A stretch of DNA of 64,000 bases from the human T2T-CHM13v2.0 reference genome, Homo sapiens. Made by a program: the position numbers and the translations under genes. The notes beneath the pieces are model-generated. The model searched no databases. It had not been told where the DNA came from and saw only the letters and a list, made by a program, of their open reading frames with translations. This document shows positions 52,101-64,000 of the stretch, piece after piece. Positions within the stretch are counted from its first letter, which is position 1, and each line of letters starts with the position of its first letter. The stretch lies in the NCBI RefSeq assembly GCF_009914755.1, contig NC_060938.1; one strand, given 5' to 3'.

Positions 52101-54500
52101 TCAGAATTCTTCTGTCTAGTTTTTATTTGAAGATATTTCCTTTCTCACCATAGACCTGAAAGCTCTCCTAATGTTCACTTCCAGACACTACAGAAAGAGT
52201 GTTTCAAAACTGCTGTATGAAAGGGAATGCTCAACTCTGTGACTTGAATGCACACATCACAAAGAAGTTTCTGAGGATGCTGCAGTCTACTTTTTATACG
52301 TAATCCCGTTTCCAAAGAAAACCTCCAAGCTATCCAAATATCCACTTGCAGATTCCACAGAAAGACTGTTTCAAAACTGCTCTGTCAATAGAAAGGTTCA
52401 ACTCTGTTAGCTCCGTGCATATATCCCAAAGAAGATTCTGAGATTGCTTCTGTCTAGTTTTTATGGGAAGATATTTCCCTTTTCACCGTAGGCGTCAAGC
52501 CGCTCCAAATGTCCACTTCCAGATACTACAAAAAGAGTGTTCCAATCCTACTCTGTGAAAGGGAATATTCAACTCTGTGACTTGAATGCAGATATCACAA
52601 AGAAGTTTCTGAGAATGCTTCTGTCGAGATTTTATATGAAGATATTCCCGTTTCCAACGAAATCCTGAAATCTATCCAAATATCCCCTCGCAGATTCTAC
52701 AAAAAGAGTGTTTCAAAACTGCTCTGTAAAAAGAAAGGTTCAACTCTGTTAGTTGAGTACACACATCACAAACAAGTTTCACAGAATGCTTCTTTCTAGC
52801 TTGTAGGGGAAGATATTTCCTTTATCACCATGGTCCTCAAAATGTCCGAAACGTCCCCTTCCATAAACTAAAAAAAGAGTGTTTGAAACCTGCTCTATGA
52901 AAAGCAATGTTCAACTCTGTGACTTGAATGCAGACATCACAGAGCAGTTTCTGAGAATGCTTCTGTCCAGACTTTATAGGAAGATATTCCCGTTTCCAAC
53001 GAAATCTTCACAGCTATCCAAATATCCACCTGCAGATACTACAAAAAGAGTGTATCAAAAATGCTTTCTCAAAAGGAAAGTTCTTCTCTGCTAGTTGAGT
53101 ACATACGTCATAAAGTAGTTTCTGAGAATGTTTCTGTCTAGTGGTTATGGGAAGATATTTGCTTTTTCCCCGTAGGCCTCAGAGCGCTCCAAATGTCCAC
53201 TTGCACATGCTACAAAAAGAGTGCTTCAAAGCTGCTCTCTGAAACGGAATGTTCAACTCTATGAGTTGAATGCAAACATCACAAAGACGTTTCTGAGAAT
53301 GCTTCTGTCTAGATTTTATATGAAGATATTCCCGTTTCCAACGAAATCCTGAAATCTATCCAAATATCCCCTCGCAGATTCTACAAAAGGAGTGTTTCAA
53401 AACTGCTCTGTAAAAAGAAAGGTTCAACTCTGTTAGTTGAGTACACACATCACAAACAAGTTTCACAGAATGCTTCTTTCTAGCTTGTAGGGGAAGATAT
53501 TTCCTTTATCACCATGGTCCTCAAAATGTCCGAAACGTCCCCTTCCATAAACTAAAAAAAGAGTGTTTGAAACCTGCTCTATGAAAAGCAATGTTCAACT
53601 CTGTGACTTGAATGCAGACATCACAGAGCAGTTTCTGAGAATGCTTCTGTCCAGACTTTATAGGAAGATATTCCCGTTTCCAACGAAATCTTCACAGCTA
53701 TCCAAATATCCACCTGCAGATACTATAAAAAGAGTGTATCAAAAATGCTCTCTCAAAAGGAAAGTTCTTCTCTGCTAGTTGAGTACATACGTCATAAAGT
53801 AGTTTCTGAGAATGTTTCTGTCTAGTGGTTATGGGAAGATATTTGCTTTTTCCCCGTAGGCCTCAGAGCGCTCCAAATGTCCACTTGCACATGCTACAAA
53901 AAGAGTGCTTCAAAGCTGCTCTCTGAAACGGAATGTTCAACTCTATGAGTTGAATGCAAACATCACAAAGACGTTTCTGAGAATGCTTCTGTCTAGATTT
54001 GATAGGAAGATATTCCCGTTTCCAACGAAATCTTCAAATCTATCCAAATGTCCACTTGCAGATTCAACAAAGTGTTTTTCAAAACTGCTGTATCAAAAGA
54101 AAGATCCACCTGTGTTAGCTGAGTTCACACTTCACAAACAAGTTTATCAGAATTCTTCTGTCTAGTTTTTATTTGAAGATATATCCTTTCTCACTATAGA
54201 CCTGAAAGCTCTCCTAATGTTCACTTCCAGATACTACAGAAAGAGTGTTTCAAAACTGCTGTACGAAAGGGAATGTTCAACTCTGTGACTTGAATGCACA
54301 CATCACAAAGAAGATTCTGAGGATGCTGCTGTCTACTTTTTATACGTAATCCCGTTTCCAACGAAATCCTCCAAGCTACCCAAATATCCACTTGCAGATT
54401 CCACAGAAAGACTGTTTCAAAACTGCTCTGTCAATAGAAAGGTTCAACTCTGTTAGCTGCGTGCATATATCCCAAAGAAGATTCTGAGATTGCTTCTGTC
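43021..54500 (-). repeat. Divergent HOR island (variant haplotype of the same 8-mer, mosaic)
   Basis: Recurrent diagnostic alleles not seen in the flanks: ATTTCCTTTATC, ACTAAAAAAAGAGTGTTTGAAACC, TCCAGACTTTA, AAAGTTCTTCTCTGCTAGTTGAGTACA, the 2-bp deletion CAACAAAGTG, CTGCTGTATC, ACACTTCAC, TTTATCAG. Periods are 1361, 1361, 1362, 1364, 1364, 1362, 1362, 684, 1362. Confidence 0.9.
52627..53994 (-). repeat. Half-HOR (4-monomer, 684-bp) tandem duplication
   Basis: ORFs MFETCSMKSN...YPPAD at 52879 and 53563 are 684 bp apart. There is a hybrid junction TGTCT-AGATTT-TATATG at 53306-53322. Confidence 0.93.
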
Positions 54501-57500
54501 TGGTTTTTATTGGAAGATATTTCCCTTTTCACCGTAGGTGTCAAGGCGCTCCAAATGTCCACTTCCAGATACTACAAAAAGAGTGTTTCAAACCTACTCT
54601 GTGAAAGGGAATATTCAACTCTGTGACTTGAATGCACATATCACAAGGAAGTTTCTGAGAATGCTTCTGTCGAGATTTTATATGAAGATATTCCCGTTTC
54701 CAACGAAATCCTGAAATCTATCCAAATATCCCCTCGCAGATTCTACAAAAAGAGTGTTTCAAAACTGCTCTGTAAAAAGGAAGGTTCAACTCTGTTAGTT
54801 GAGTACACACATCACAAACAAGTTTCACAGAATGCTTCTTTCTAGCTTGTAGGGGAAGATATTCCCTTTATCACCATGGGCCTCCAACCGTCCGAAACAT
54901 CCACTTCCATATACTACAAAAAGAGCGTTTCAAACCTGCTCTATGAAAGGCAATGTTCAACTCTGTGACTTGAATGCAGACATCACAGAGCAGTTTCTGA
55001 GAATGCTTCTGTCTAGATTTTATAGGAAGATATTCCCGTTTCCAACGAAATCTTCACAGCTATCCAAATATCCACTTGCAGATTCTACAAAAAGAGTGTA
55101 TCAAAACTGCTCTGTCAAAAGGAAGGTTCTTCTCTGTTAGGTGAGTGCATACGTCATAAAGGAGTTTCTGAGAATGTTTCTGTCTAGTGGTTATGGGAAG
55201 ATATTTGCTTTTTCACCGTAGGCCTCAGAGCGGTCCAAATATCCACTTGCACATACTACAAAAAGAGTGCTTCAAAGCTGGTCTCTGAAACGGAATGTTC
55301 AACTCTATGAGTTGAATGCAAACATCACAAAGACGTTTCTGAGAATGCTTCTGTCTAGATTTGATATGAAGATATTCCCGTTTCCAACGAAATCTTCAAA
55401 TCTATCCAAATGTCCACTTGCAGATTCAACAAAAAGTGTTTTTCAGAACTGCTCTATCAAAAGAAAGATCCACCTCTGTTAGCTGAGTTCACACATCACA
55501 AACAAGTTTATGAGAATGCTTCTGTCTAGTTTTTATTTGAAGATATTTCCTTTCTCACCATAGAGCTGAAAGCTGTCCTAATGTTCACTTCCAGATACTA
55601 CAGAAAGAGTGTTTCAAAACTGCTGTACGAAAGGGAATGTTCAACTCTGTGACTTGAATGCACACATCACAAAGAAGTTTCTGAGGATGCTGCTGTCTAC
55701 TTTTTATACGTAATCCCGTTTCCAACGAAATCCTCCAAGCTATCCAAATATCCACTTGCAGATTCCACAGAAAGGCTGTTTCAAAACTGCTCTGTCAATA
55801 GAAAGGTTCAACTCTGTTAGCTGCGTGCATATATCCCAAAGAAGATTCTGAGATTGCTTCTGTCTAGTTTTTATGGGAAGATATTTCCCTTTTCACCGTA
55901 GGTGTCAAGGCGCTCCAAATGTCCACTTCCAGATACTACAAAAAGAGTGTTTCAAACCTTCTCTGTGAAAGGGAATATTCAACTCTGTGACTTGAAGGCA
56001 CATATCACAAAGAAGTTTCTGAGAATGCTTCTGTCGAGATTTTATATGAAGATATTCCCGTTTCCAACGAAATCCTGAAATGTATCCAAATATCCCCTCG
56101 CAGATTCTACAAAAAGAGTGTTTCAAAACTGCTCTGTAAAAAGAAAGGTTCAACTCTGTTAGTTGAGTACACACATCAGAAATAAGTTTCACACAATGCT
56201 TCTTTCTAGCTTGTAGGGGAAGATATTCCCTTTATCACCATGGGCCTCCAACCGTCTGAAACGTCCACTTCCATATACTACAAAAAGAGCATTTCAAACC
56301 TGCTCTATGAAAGGCAATGTTCAACTCTGTGACTTGAATGCAGACATCACAGAGCAGTTTCTGAGAATGCTTCTGTCTAGATTTTATAGGAAGATATTCC
56401 CGTTTCCAACGAAATCTTCACAGCTATCCAAATATCCACTTGCAGATTCTACAAAAAGAGTGTATCAAAACTGCTCTGTCAAAAGGAAGGTTCTTCTCTG
56501 TTAGGTGAGTGCATACGTCATAAAGGAGTTTCTGAGAATGTTTCTGTCTAGTGGTTATGGGAAGATATTTGCTTTTTCCCCGTAGGCCTCAGGGCGCTCC
56601 AAATGTCCACTTGCACATGCTACAAAAAGAGTGCTTCAAAGCTGCTCTCTGAAAGGGAATGTTCAACTCTATGAGTTGAATGCAAACATCACAAAGACGT
56701 TTCTGAGAATGCTTCTGTCTAGATTTGATATGAAGATATTCCCGTTTCCAACGAAATCTTCAAATCTATCCAAATGTCCACTTGCAGATTCAACAAAAAG
56801 TGTTTTTCAGAACTGCTCTATCAAAAGAAAGATCCACCTCTGTTAGCTGAGTTCACACATCACAAACAAGTTTATGAGAATGCTTCTGTCTAGTTTTTAT
56901 TTGAAGATATTTCCTTTCTCACCATAGAGCTGAAAGCTGTCCTAATGTTCACTTCCAGATACTACAGAAAGAGTGTTTCAAAACTGCTGTACGAAAGGGA
57001 ATGTTCAACTCTGTGACTTGAATGCACACATCACAAAGAAGTTTCTGAGGATGCTGCTGTCTACTTTTTATACTTAATCCCGTTTCCAACGAAATCCTCC
57101 AAGCTATCGAAATATCCACTTGCAGATTCCACAGAAAGACTGGTTCAAAACTGCTCTGTCAATAGAAAGGTTCAACTCTGTTAGCTGCGTGCATATATCC
57201 CAAAGAAGATTCTGAGATTGCTTCTGTCTAGTTTTTATGGGAAGATATTTCCCTTTTCACCGTAGGTGTCTAGGCGCTCCAAATGTCCACTTCCAGATAC
57301 TACAAAAAGAGTGTTTCAAACCTACTCTGTGAAAGGGAATATTCAACTCTGTGACTTGAATGCACATATCACAAAGAAGTTTCTGAGAATGCTTCTGTCG
57401 AGATTTTATATGAAGATATTCCCGTTTCCAACGAAATCCTGAAATGTATCCAAATATCCCCTCGCAGATTCTACAAAAAGAGTGTTTCAAAACTGCTCTG

Positions 57501-60500
57501 TAAAAAGAAAGGTTCAACTCTGTTAGTTGAGTACACACATCACAAATAAGTTTCACACAATGCTTCTTTCTAGCTTGCAGGGGAAGATATTCCCTTTATC
57601 ACCATGGGCCTCAAACCGTCTGAAACGTCCACTTCCATATACTACAAAAAGAGCATTTCAAACCTGCTCTATGAAAGGCAATGTTCAACTCTGTGACTTG
57701 AATGCAGACATCACAGAGCAGTTTCTGAGAATGCTTCTGTCTAGATTTTATAGGAAGATATTCCCGTTTCCAACGAAATCTTCACAGCTATCCAAATATC
57801 CACTTGCAGATTCTACAAAAAGAGTGTATCAAAACTGCTCTGTCAAAAGGAAGGTTCTTCTCTGTTAGGTGAGTGCATACGTCATAAAGGAGTTTCTGAG
57901 AATGTTTCTGTCTAGTGGTTATGGGAAGATATTTGCTTTTTCCCCGTAGGCCTCAGGGCGCTCCAAATGTCCACTTGCACATGCTACAAAAAGAGTGCTT
58001 CAAAGCTGCTCTCTGAAAGGGAATGTTCAACTCTATGAGTTGAATGCAAACATCGCAAAGACGTTTCTGAGAATGCTTCTGTCTAGATGTGATATGAAGA
58101 TATTCCCGTTTCCAACGAAATCTTCAAATCTATCCAAATGTCCACTTGCAGATTCAACAAAAAGTGTTTTTCAGAACTGCTCTATCAAAAGAAAGATCCA
58201 CCTCTGTTAGCTGAGTTCAGACATCACAAACAAGTTTATGAGAATGCTTCTGTCTAGTTTTTATTTGAAGATATTTCCTTTCTCACCATAGACCTGAAAG
58301 CTGTCCTAATGTTCACTTCCAGTTACTACAGAAAGAGTGTTTCAAAACTGCTGTACGAAAGGGAATGTTCAACTCTGTGACTTGAATGCACACATCACAA
58401 AGAAGTTTCTGAGGATGCTGCTGTCTACTTTTTATACTTAATCCCGTTTCCAACGAAATCCTCCAAGCTATCCAAATATCCACTTGCAGATTCCACAGAA
58501 AGACTGTTTCAAAACTGCTCTGTCAATAGAAAGGTTCAACTCTGTTAGCTGCGTGCATATATCCCAAAGAAGATTCTGAGATTGCTTCTGTCTAGTTTTT
58601 ATGGGAAGATATTTCCCTTTTCACCGTAGGCGTCAAGGCGCTCCAAATGTCCACTTCCAGATACTACAAAAAGAGTGTTTCAAACCTACTCTGTGAAAGG
58701 GAATATTCAACTCTGTGACTTGAATGCACATATCACAAGGAAGTTTCTGAGAATGCTTCTGTCGAGATTTTATATGAAGATATTCCCGTTTCCAACGAAA
58801 TCCTGAAATCTATCCAAATATCCCCTCGCAGATTCTACAAAAAGAGTGTTTCAAAACTGCTCTGTAAAAAGGAAGGTTCAACTCTGTTAGTTGAGTACAC
58901 ATATCACAAACAAGTTTCACAGAATGCTTCTTTCTAGCTTGTAGGGGAAGATATTCCCTTTATCACCATGGGCCTCCAACCGTCTGAAACGTCCACTTCC
59001 ATATACTACAAAAAGAGCATTTCAAACCTGCTCTATGAAAGGCAATGTTCAACTCTGTGACTTGAATGCAGACATCACAGAGCAGTTTCTGAGAATGCTT
59101 CTGTCTAGATTTTATAGGAAGATATTCCCGTTTCCAACGAAATCTTCACAGCTATCCAAATATCCACTTGCAGATTCTACAAAAAGAGTGTATCAAAACT
59201 GCTCTGTCAAAAGGAAGGTTCTTCTCTGTTAGGTGAGTGCATACGTCATAAAGGAGTTTCTGAGAATGTTTCTGTCTAGTGGTTATGGGAAGATATTTGC
59301 TTTTTCCCCGTAGGCCTCAGGGCGCTCCAAATGTCCACTTGCACATGCTACAAAAAGAGTGCTTCAAAGCTGCTCTCTGAAAGGGAATGTTCAACTCTAT
59401 GAGTTGAATGCAAACATCACAAAGACGTTTCTGAGAATGCTTCTGTCTAGATTTGATATGAAGATATTCCCGTTTCCAACGAAATCTTCAAATCTATCCA
59501 AATGTCCACTTGCAGATTCAACAAAAAGTGTTTTTCAGAACTGCTCTATCAAAAGAAAGATCCACCTCTGTTAGCTGAGTTCACACATCACAAACAAGTT
59601 TATGAGAATGCTTCTGTCTAGTTTTTATTTGAAGATATTTCCTTTCTCACCATAGAGCTGAAAGCTGTCCTAATGTTCACTTCCAGATACTACAGAAAGA
59701 GTGTTTCAAAACTGCTGTACGAAAGGGAATGTTCAACTCTGTGACTTGAATGCACACATCACAAAGAAGTTTCTGAGGATGCTGCTGTCTACTTTTTATA
59801 CTTAATCCCGTTTCCAACGAAATCCTCCAAGCTATCGAAATATCCACTTGCAGATTCCACAGAAAGACTGTTTCAAAACTGCTCTGTCAATAGAAAGGTT
59901 CAACTCTGTTAGCTGCGTGCATATATCCCAAAGAAGATTCTGAGATTGCTTCTGTCTAGTTTTTATGGGAAGATATTTCCCTTTTCACCGTAGGTGTCAA
60001 GGCGCTCCAAATGTCCACTTCCAGATACTACAAAAAGAGTGTTTCAAACCTACTCTGTGAAAGGGAATATTCAACTCTGTGACTTGAATGCACATATCAC
60101 AAAGAAGTTTCTGAGAATGCTTCTGTCGAGATTTTATATGAAGATATTCCCGTTTCCAACGAAATCCTGAAATGTATCCAAATATCCCCTCGCAGATTCT
60201 ACAAAAAGAGTGTTTCAAAACTGCTCTGTAAAAAGAAAGGTTCAACTCTGTTAGTTGAGTACACACATCACAAATAAGTTTCACACAATGCTTCTTTCTA
60301 GCTTGCAGGGGAAGATATTCCCTTTATCACCATGGGCCTCAAACCGTCTGAAACGTCCACTTCCATATACTACAAAAAGAGCATTTCAAACCTGCTCTAT
60401 GAAAGGCAATGTTCAACTCTGTGACTTGAATGCAGACATCACAGAGCAGTTTCTGAGAATGCTTCTGTCTAGATTTTATAGGAAGATATTCCCGTTTCCA

Positions 60501-63500
60501 ACGAAATCTTCACAGCTATCCAAATATCCACTTGCAGATTCTACAAAAAGAGTGTATCAAAACTGCTCTGTCAAAAGGAAGGTTCTTCTCTGTTAGGTGA
60601 GTGCATACGTCATAAAGGAGTTTCTGAGAATGTTTCTGTCTAGTGGTTATGGGAAGATATTTGCTTTTTCCCCGTAGGCCTCAGGGCGCTCCAAATGTCC
60701 ACTTGCACATGCTACAAAAAGAGTGCTTCAAAGCTGCTCTCTGAAAGGGAATGTTCAACTCTATGAGTTGAATGCAAACATCGCAAAGACGTTTCTGAGA
60801 ATGCTTCTGTCTAGATTTGATATGAAGATATTCCCGTTTCCAACGAAATCTTCAAATCTATCCAAATGTCCACTTGCAGATTCAACAAAAAGTGTTTTTC
60901 AGAACTGCTCTATCAAAAGAAAGATCCACCTCTGTTAGCTGAGTTCAGACATCACAAACAAGTTTATGAGAATGCTTCTGTCTAGTTTTTATTTGAAGAT
61001 ATTTCCTTTCTCACCATAGACCTGAAAGCTGTCCTAATGTTCACTTCCAGTTACTACAGAAAGAGTGTTTCAAAACTGCTGTACGAAAGGGAATGTTCAA
61101 CTCTGTGACTTGAATGCACACATCACAAAGAAGTTTCTGAGGATGCTGCTGTCTACTTTTTATACTTAATCCCGTTTCCAACGAAATCCTCCAAGCTATC
61201 CAAATATCCACTTGCAGATTCCACAGAAAGACTGTTTCAAAACTGCTCTGTCAATAGAAAGGTTCAACTCTGTTAGCTGCGTGCATATATCCCAAAGAAG
61301 ATTCTGAGATTGCTTCTGTCTAGTTTTTATGGGAAGATATTTCCCTTTTCACCGTAGGCGTCAAGGCGCTCCAAATGTCCACTTCCAGATACTACAAAAA
61401 GAGTGTTTCAAACCTACTCTGTGAAAGGGAATATTCAACTCTGTGACTTGAATGCACATATCACAAGGAAGTTTCTGAGAATGCTTCTGTCGAGATTTTA
61501 TATGAAGATATTCCCGTTTCCAACGAAATCCTGAAATCTATCCAAATATCCCCTCGCAGATTCTACAAGAAGAGTGTTTCAAAACTGCTCTGTAAAAAGG
61601 ATGGTTCAACTCTGTTAGTTGAGTACACACATCACAAACAAGTTTCACAGAATGCTTCTTTCTAGCTTGTAGGGGAAGATATTCCCTTTATCACCATGGG
61701 CCTCAAACCGTCCGATAAGTCCACTTCCATATACTACAAAAAGAGCGTTTCAAACCTGCTCTATGAAAGGCAATGTTCAACTCTGTGACTTGAATGCAGA
61801 CATCACAGAGCAGTTTCTGAGAATGCTTCTGTCTAGATTTTATAGGAAGATATTCCCGTTTCCAACGAAATCTTCACAGCTATCCAAATATCCACTTGTA
61901 GATTCTACAAAAAGAGTGTATCAAAACTGCTCTGTCAAAAGGAAGGTTCTTCTCTGTTAGGTGAGTGCATACGTCATAAAGGAGTTTCTGAGAATGTTTC
62001 TGTCTAGTGGTTATGGGAAGATATTTGCTTTTTCACCGTAGGCCTCAGAGCGCTCCAAATATCCACTTGCACATACTACAAAAAGAGTGCTTCAAAGCTG
62101 GTCTCTGAAACGGAATGTTCAACTCTATGAGTTGAATGCAAACATCACAAAGACGTTTCTGAGAATGCTTCTGTCTAGATTTGATATGAAGATATTCCCG
62201 TTTCCAACGAAATCTTCAAATCTATCCAAATGTCCACTTGCAGATTCAACAAAAAGTGTTTTTCAGAACTGCTCTATCAAAAGAAAGATCCACCTCTGTT
62301 AGCTGAGTTCACACATCACAAACAAGTTTATGAGAATGCTTCTGTCTAGTTTTTATTTGAAGATATTTCCTTTCTCACCATAGAGCTGAAAGCTGTCCTA
62401 ATGTTCACTTCCAGATACTACAGAAAGAGTGTTTCAAAACTGCTGTACGAAAGGGAATGTTCAACTCTGTGACTTGAATGCACACATCACAAAGAAGTTT
62501 CTGAGGATGCTGCTGTCTACTTTTTATACGTAATCCCGTTTCCAACGAAATCCTCCAAGCTATCCAAATATCCACTTGCAGATTCCACAGAAAGGCTGTT
62601 TCAAAACTGCTCTGTCAATAGAAAGGTTCAACTCTGTTAGCTGCGTGCATATATCCCAAAGAAGATTCTGAGATTGCTTCTGTCTAGTTTTTATGGGAAG
62701 ATATTTCCCTTTTCACCGTAGGTGTCAAGGCGCTCCAAATGTCCACTTCCAGATACTACAAAAAGAGTGTTTCAAACCTACTCTGTGAAAGGGAATATTC
62801 AACTCTGTGACTTGAATGCACATATCACAAAGAAGTTTCTGAGAATGCTTCTGTCGAGATTTTATATGAAGATATTCCCGTTTCCAACGAAATCCTGAAA
62901 TGTACCCAAATATCCCCTCGCAGATTCTACAAAAAGAGTGTTTCAAAACTGCTCTGTAAAAAGAAAGGTTCAACTCTGTTAGTTGAGTACACACATCACA
63001 AATAAGTTTCACACAATGCTTCTTTCTAGCTTGTAGGGTAACATATTCCCTTTATCACCATGGGCCTCAAACCGTCTGAAACGTCCACTTCCATATACTA
63101 CAAAAAGAGCATTTCAAACCTGCTCTATGAAAGGCAATGTTCAACTCTGTGACTTGAATGCAGACATCACAGAGCAGTTTCTGAGAATGCTTCTGTCTAG
63201 ATTTTATAGGAAGATATTCCCGTTTCCAACGAAATCTTCACAGCTATCCAAATATCCACTTGCAGATTCTACAAAAAGAGTGTATCAAAACTGCTCTGTC
63301 AAAAGGAAGGTTCTTCTCTGTTAGGTGAGTGCATACGTCATAAAGGAGTTTCTGAGAATGTTTCTGTCTAGTGGTTATGGGAAGATATTTGCTTTTTCCC
63401 CGTAGGCCTCAGGGCGCTCCAAATGTCCACTTGCACATGCTACAAAAAGAGTGCTTCAAAGCTGCTCTCTGAAAGGGAATGTTCAACTCTATTAGTTGAA

Positions 63501-64000
63501 TGCAAACATCACAAAGACGTTTCTGAGAATGCTTCTGTCTAGATTTGATATGAAGATATTCCCGTTTCCAACGAAATCTTCAAATCTATCCAAATGTCCA
63601 CTTGCAGATTCAACAAAAAGTGTTTTTCAGAACTGCTCTATCAAAAGAAAGATCCACCTCTGTTAGCTGAGTTCACACATCACAAACAAGTTTATGAGAA
63701 TGCTTCTGTCTAGTTTTTATTTGAAGATATTTCCTTTCTCACCATAGACCTGAAAGCTGTCCTAATGTTCACTTCCAGTTACTACAGAAAGAGTGTTTCA
63801 AAACTGCTGTACGAAAGGGAATGTTCAACTCTGTGACTTGAATGCACACATCACAAAGAAGTTTCTGAGGATGCTGCTGTCTACTTTTTATACTTAATCC
63901 CGTTTCCAACGAAATCCTCCAAGCTATCCAAATATCCACTTGCAGATTCCACAGAAAGACTGTTTCAAAACTGCTCTGTCAATAGAAAGGTTCAACTCTG
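54501..64000 (-). repeat. Homogeneous HOR domain 2 (~7 canonical 8-mers)
   Basis: The exact 1,364-bp period resumes (54943, 56307, 57671, 59035, 60399, 61763, 63127) with the same allele set as domain 1. Confidence 0.92.

Larger units (their letters stand above)
1..64000 (-). repeat. Alpha-satellite tandem array, 1,364-bp 8-mer HOR, SF2-type dimeric; probably D14Z9/D22Z1 (chr14/22 centromere)
   Basis: Typical ~171-bp alphoid monomers throughout (e.g. TTCAACTCTGTGACTTGAATGCA...TTTCTGAGAATGCTTCTGTCTAG). Near-identical ORFs recur at 914, 2278, 3642, 5006..., giving a 1,364-bp period. CENP-B boxes lie in alternate monomers. XbaI sites at 983 and 1325 and TaqI sites at 641 and 2005 give 342/342/680-bp fragments, which matches my recollection of alphaXT. 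Alpha-satellite identity is near certain; the chromosome assignment is about 0.75. Confidence 0.97.

Noticed and set aside
512-63324. Recurrent 65-137-aa ORFs on both strands
   Set aside because: They are chance translations of alpha-satellite that repeat with the HOR period and open or close with single SNVs. They show no recognisable domain or gene structure.
1-64000. CRISPR-like pattern of a conserved 17-mer at regular spacing
   Set aside because: The motif is the CENP-B box, the intervening sequence is itself repeated satellite rather than unique spacers, and there are no cas genes.
1-64000. Transposon insertion (L1/Alu), inversion or non-alphoid segment
   Set aside because: None seen. 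HOR marker spacing accounts for the full length, and the boxes I read are all in one orientation.
1-64000. Claim that this window is the active kinetochore (CENP-A/CDR) site, or a specific assignment to chr14 versus chr22
   Set aside because: The first needs methylation or CENP-A data and the second needs alignment to references. Neither can be determined from the sequence by eye.

Overview
The whole 64 kb is primate, most likely human, centromeric alpha-satellite DNA. It holds about 375 monomers of ~171 bp, organised as about 47 copies of a 1,364-bp 8-mer higher-order repeat (HOR), all in one orientation (canonical alphoid strand is the minus strand). CENP-B boxes fall in every second monomer, spaced 342/342/342/338 bp. 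The dimeric structure, XbaI/TaqI map and 8-mer length fit suprachromosomal family 2, most likely D14Z9/D22Z1 (alphaXT, chr14/22); this assignment is from recall, not a search. I see no genes, RNA genes or transposons, and the ORFs are satellite artefacts. The notable structure is an ~11.5-kb island of more divergent, partly ancestral-looking HOR copies (about 43,021-54,500) inside a very homogeneous array. It begins at an out-of-phase one-monomer (171-bp) duplication junction, contains a half-HOR (684-bp) duplication, and is enriched in broken CENP-B boxes. Shared rare variants in the flanks reveal duplications at 2-, 3-, 8-, 9- and 22-HOR offsets. I found no evidence of a novel protein-coding system. 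All variant calls and counts were made by eye.
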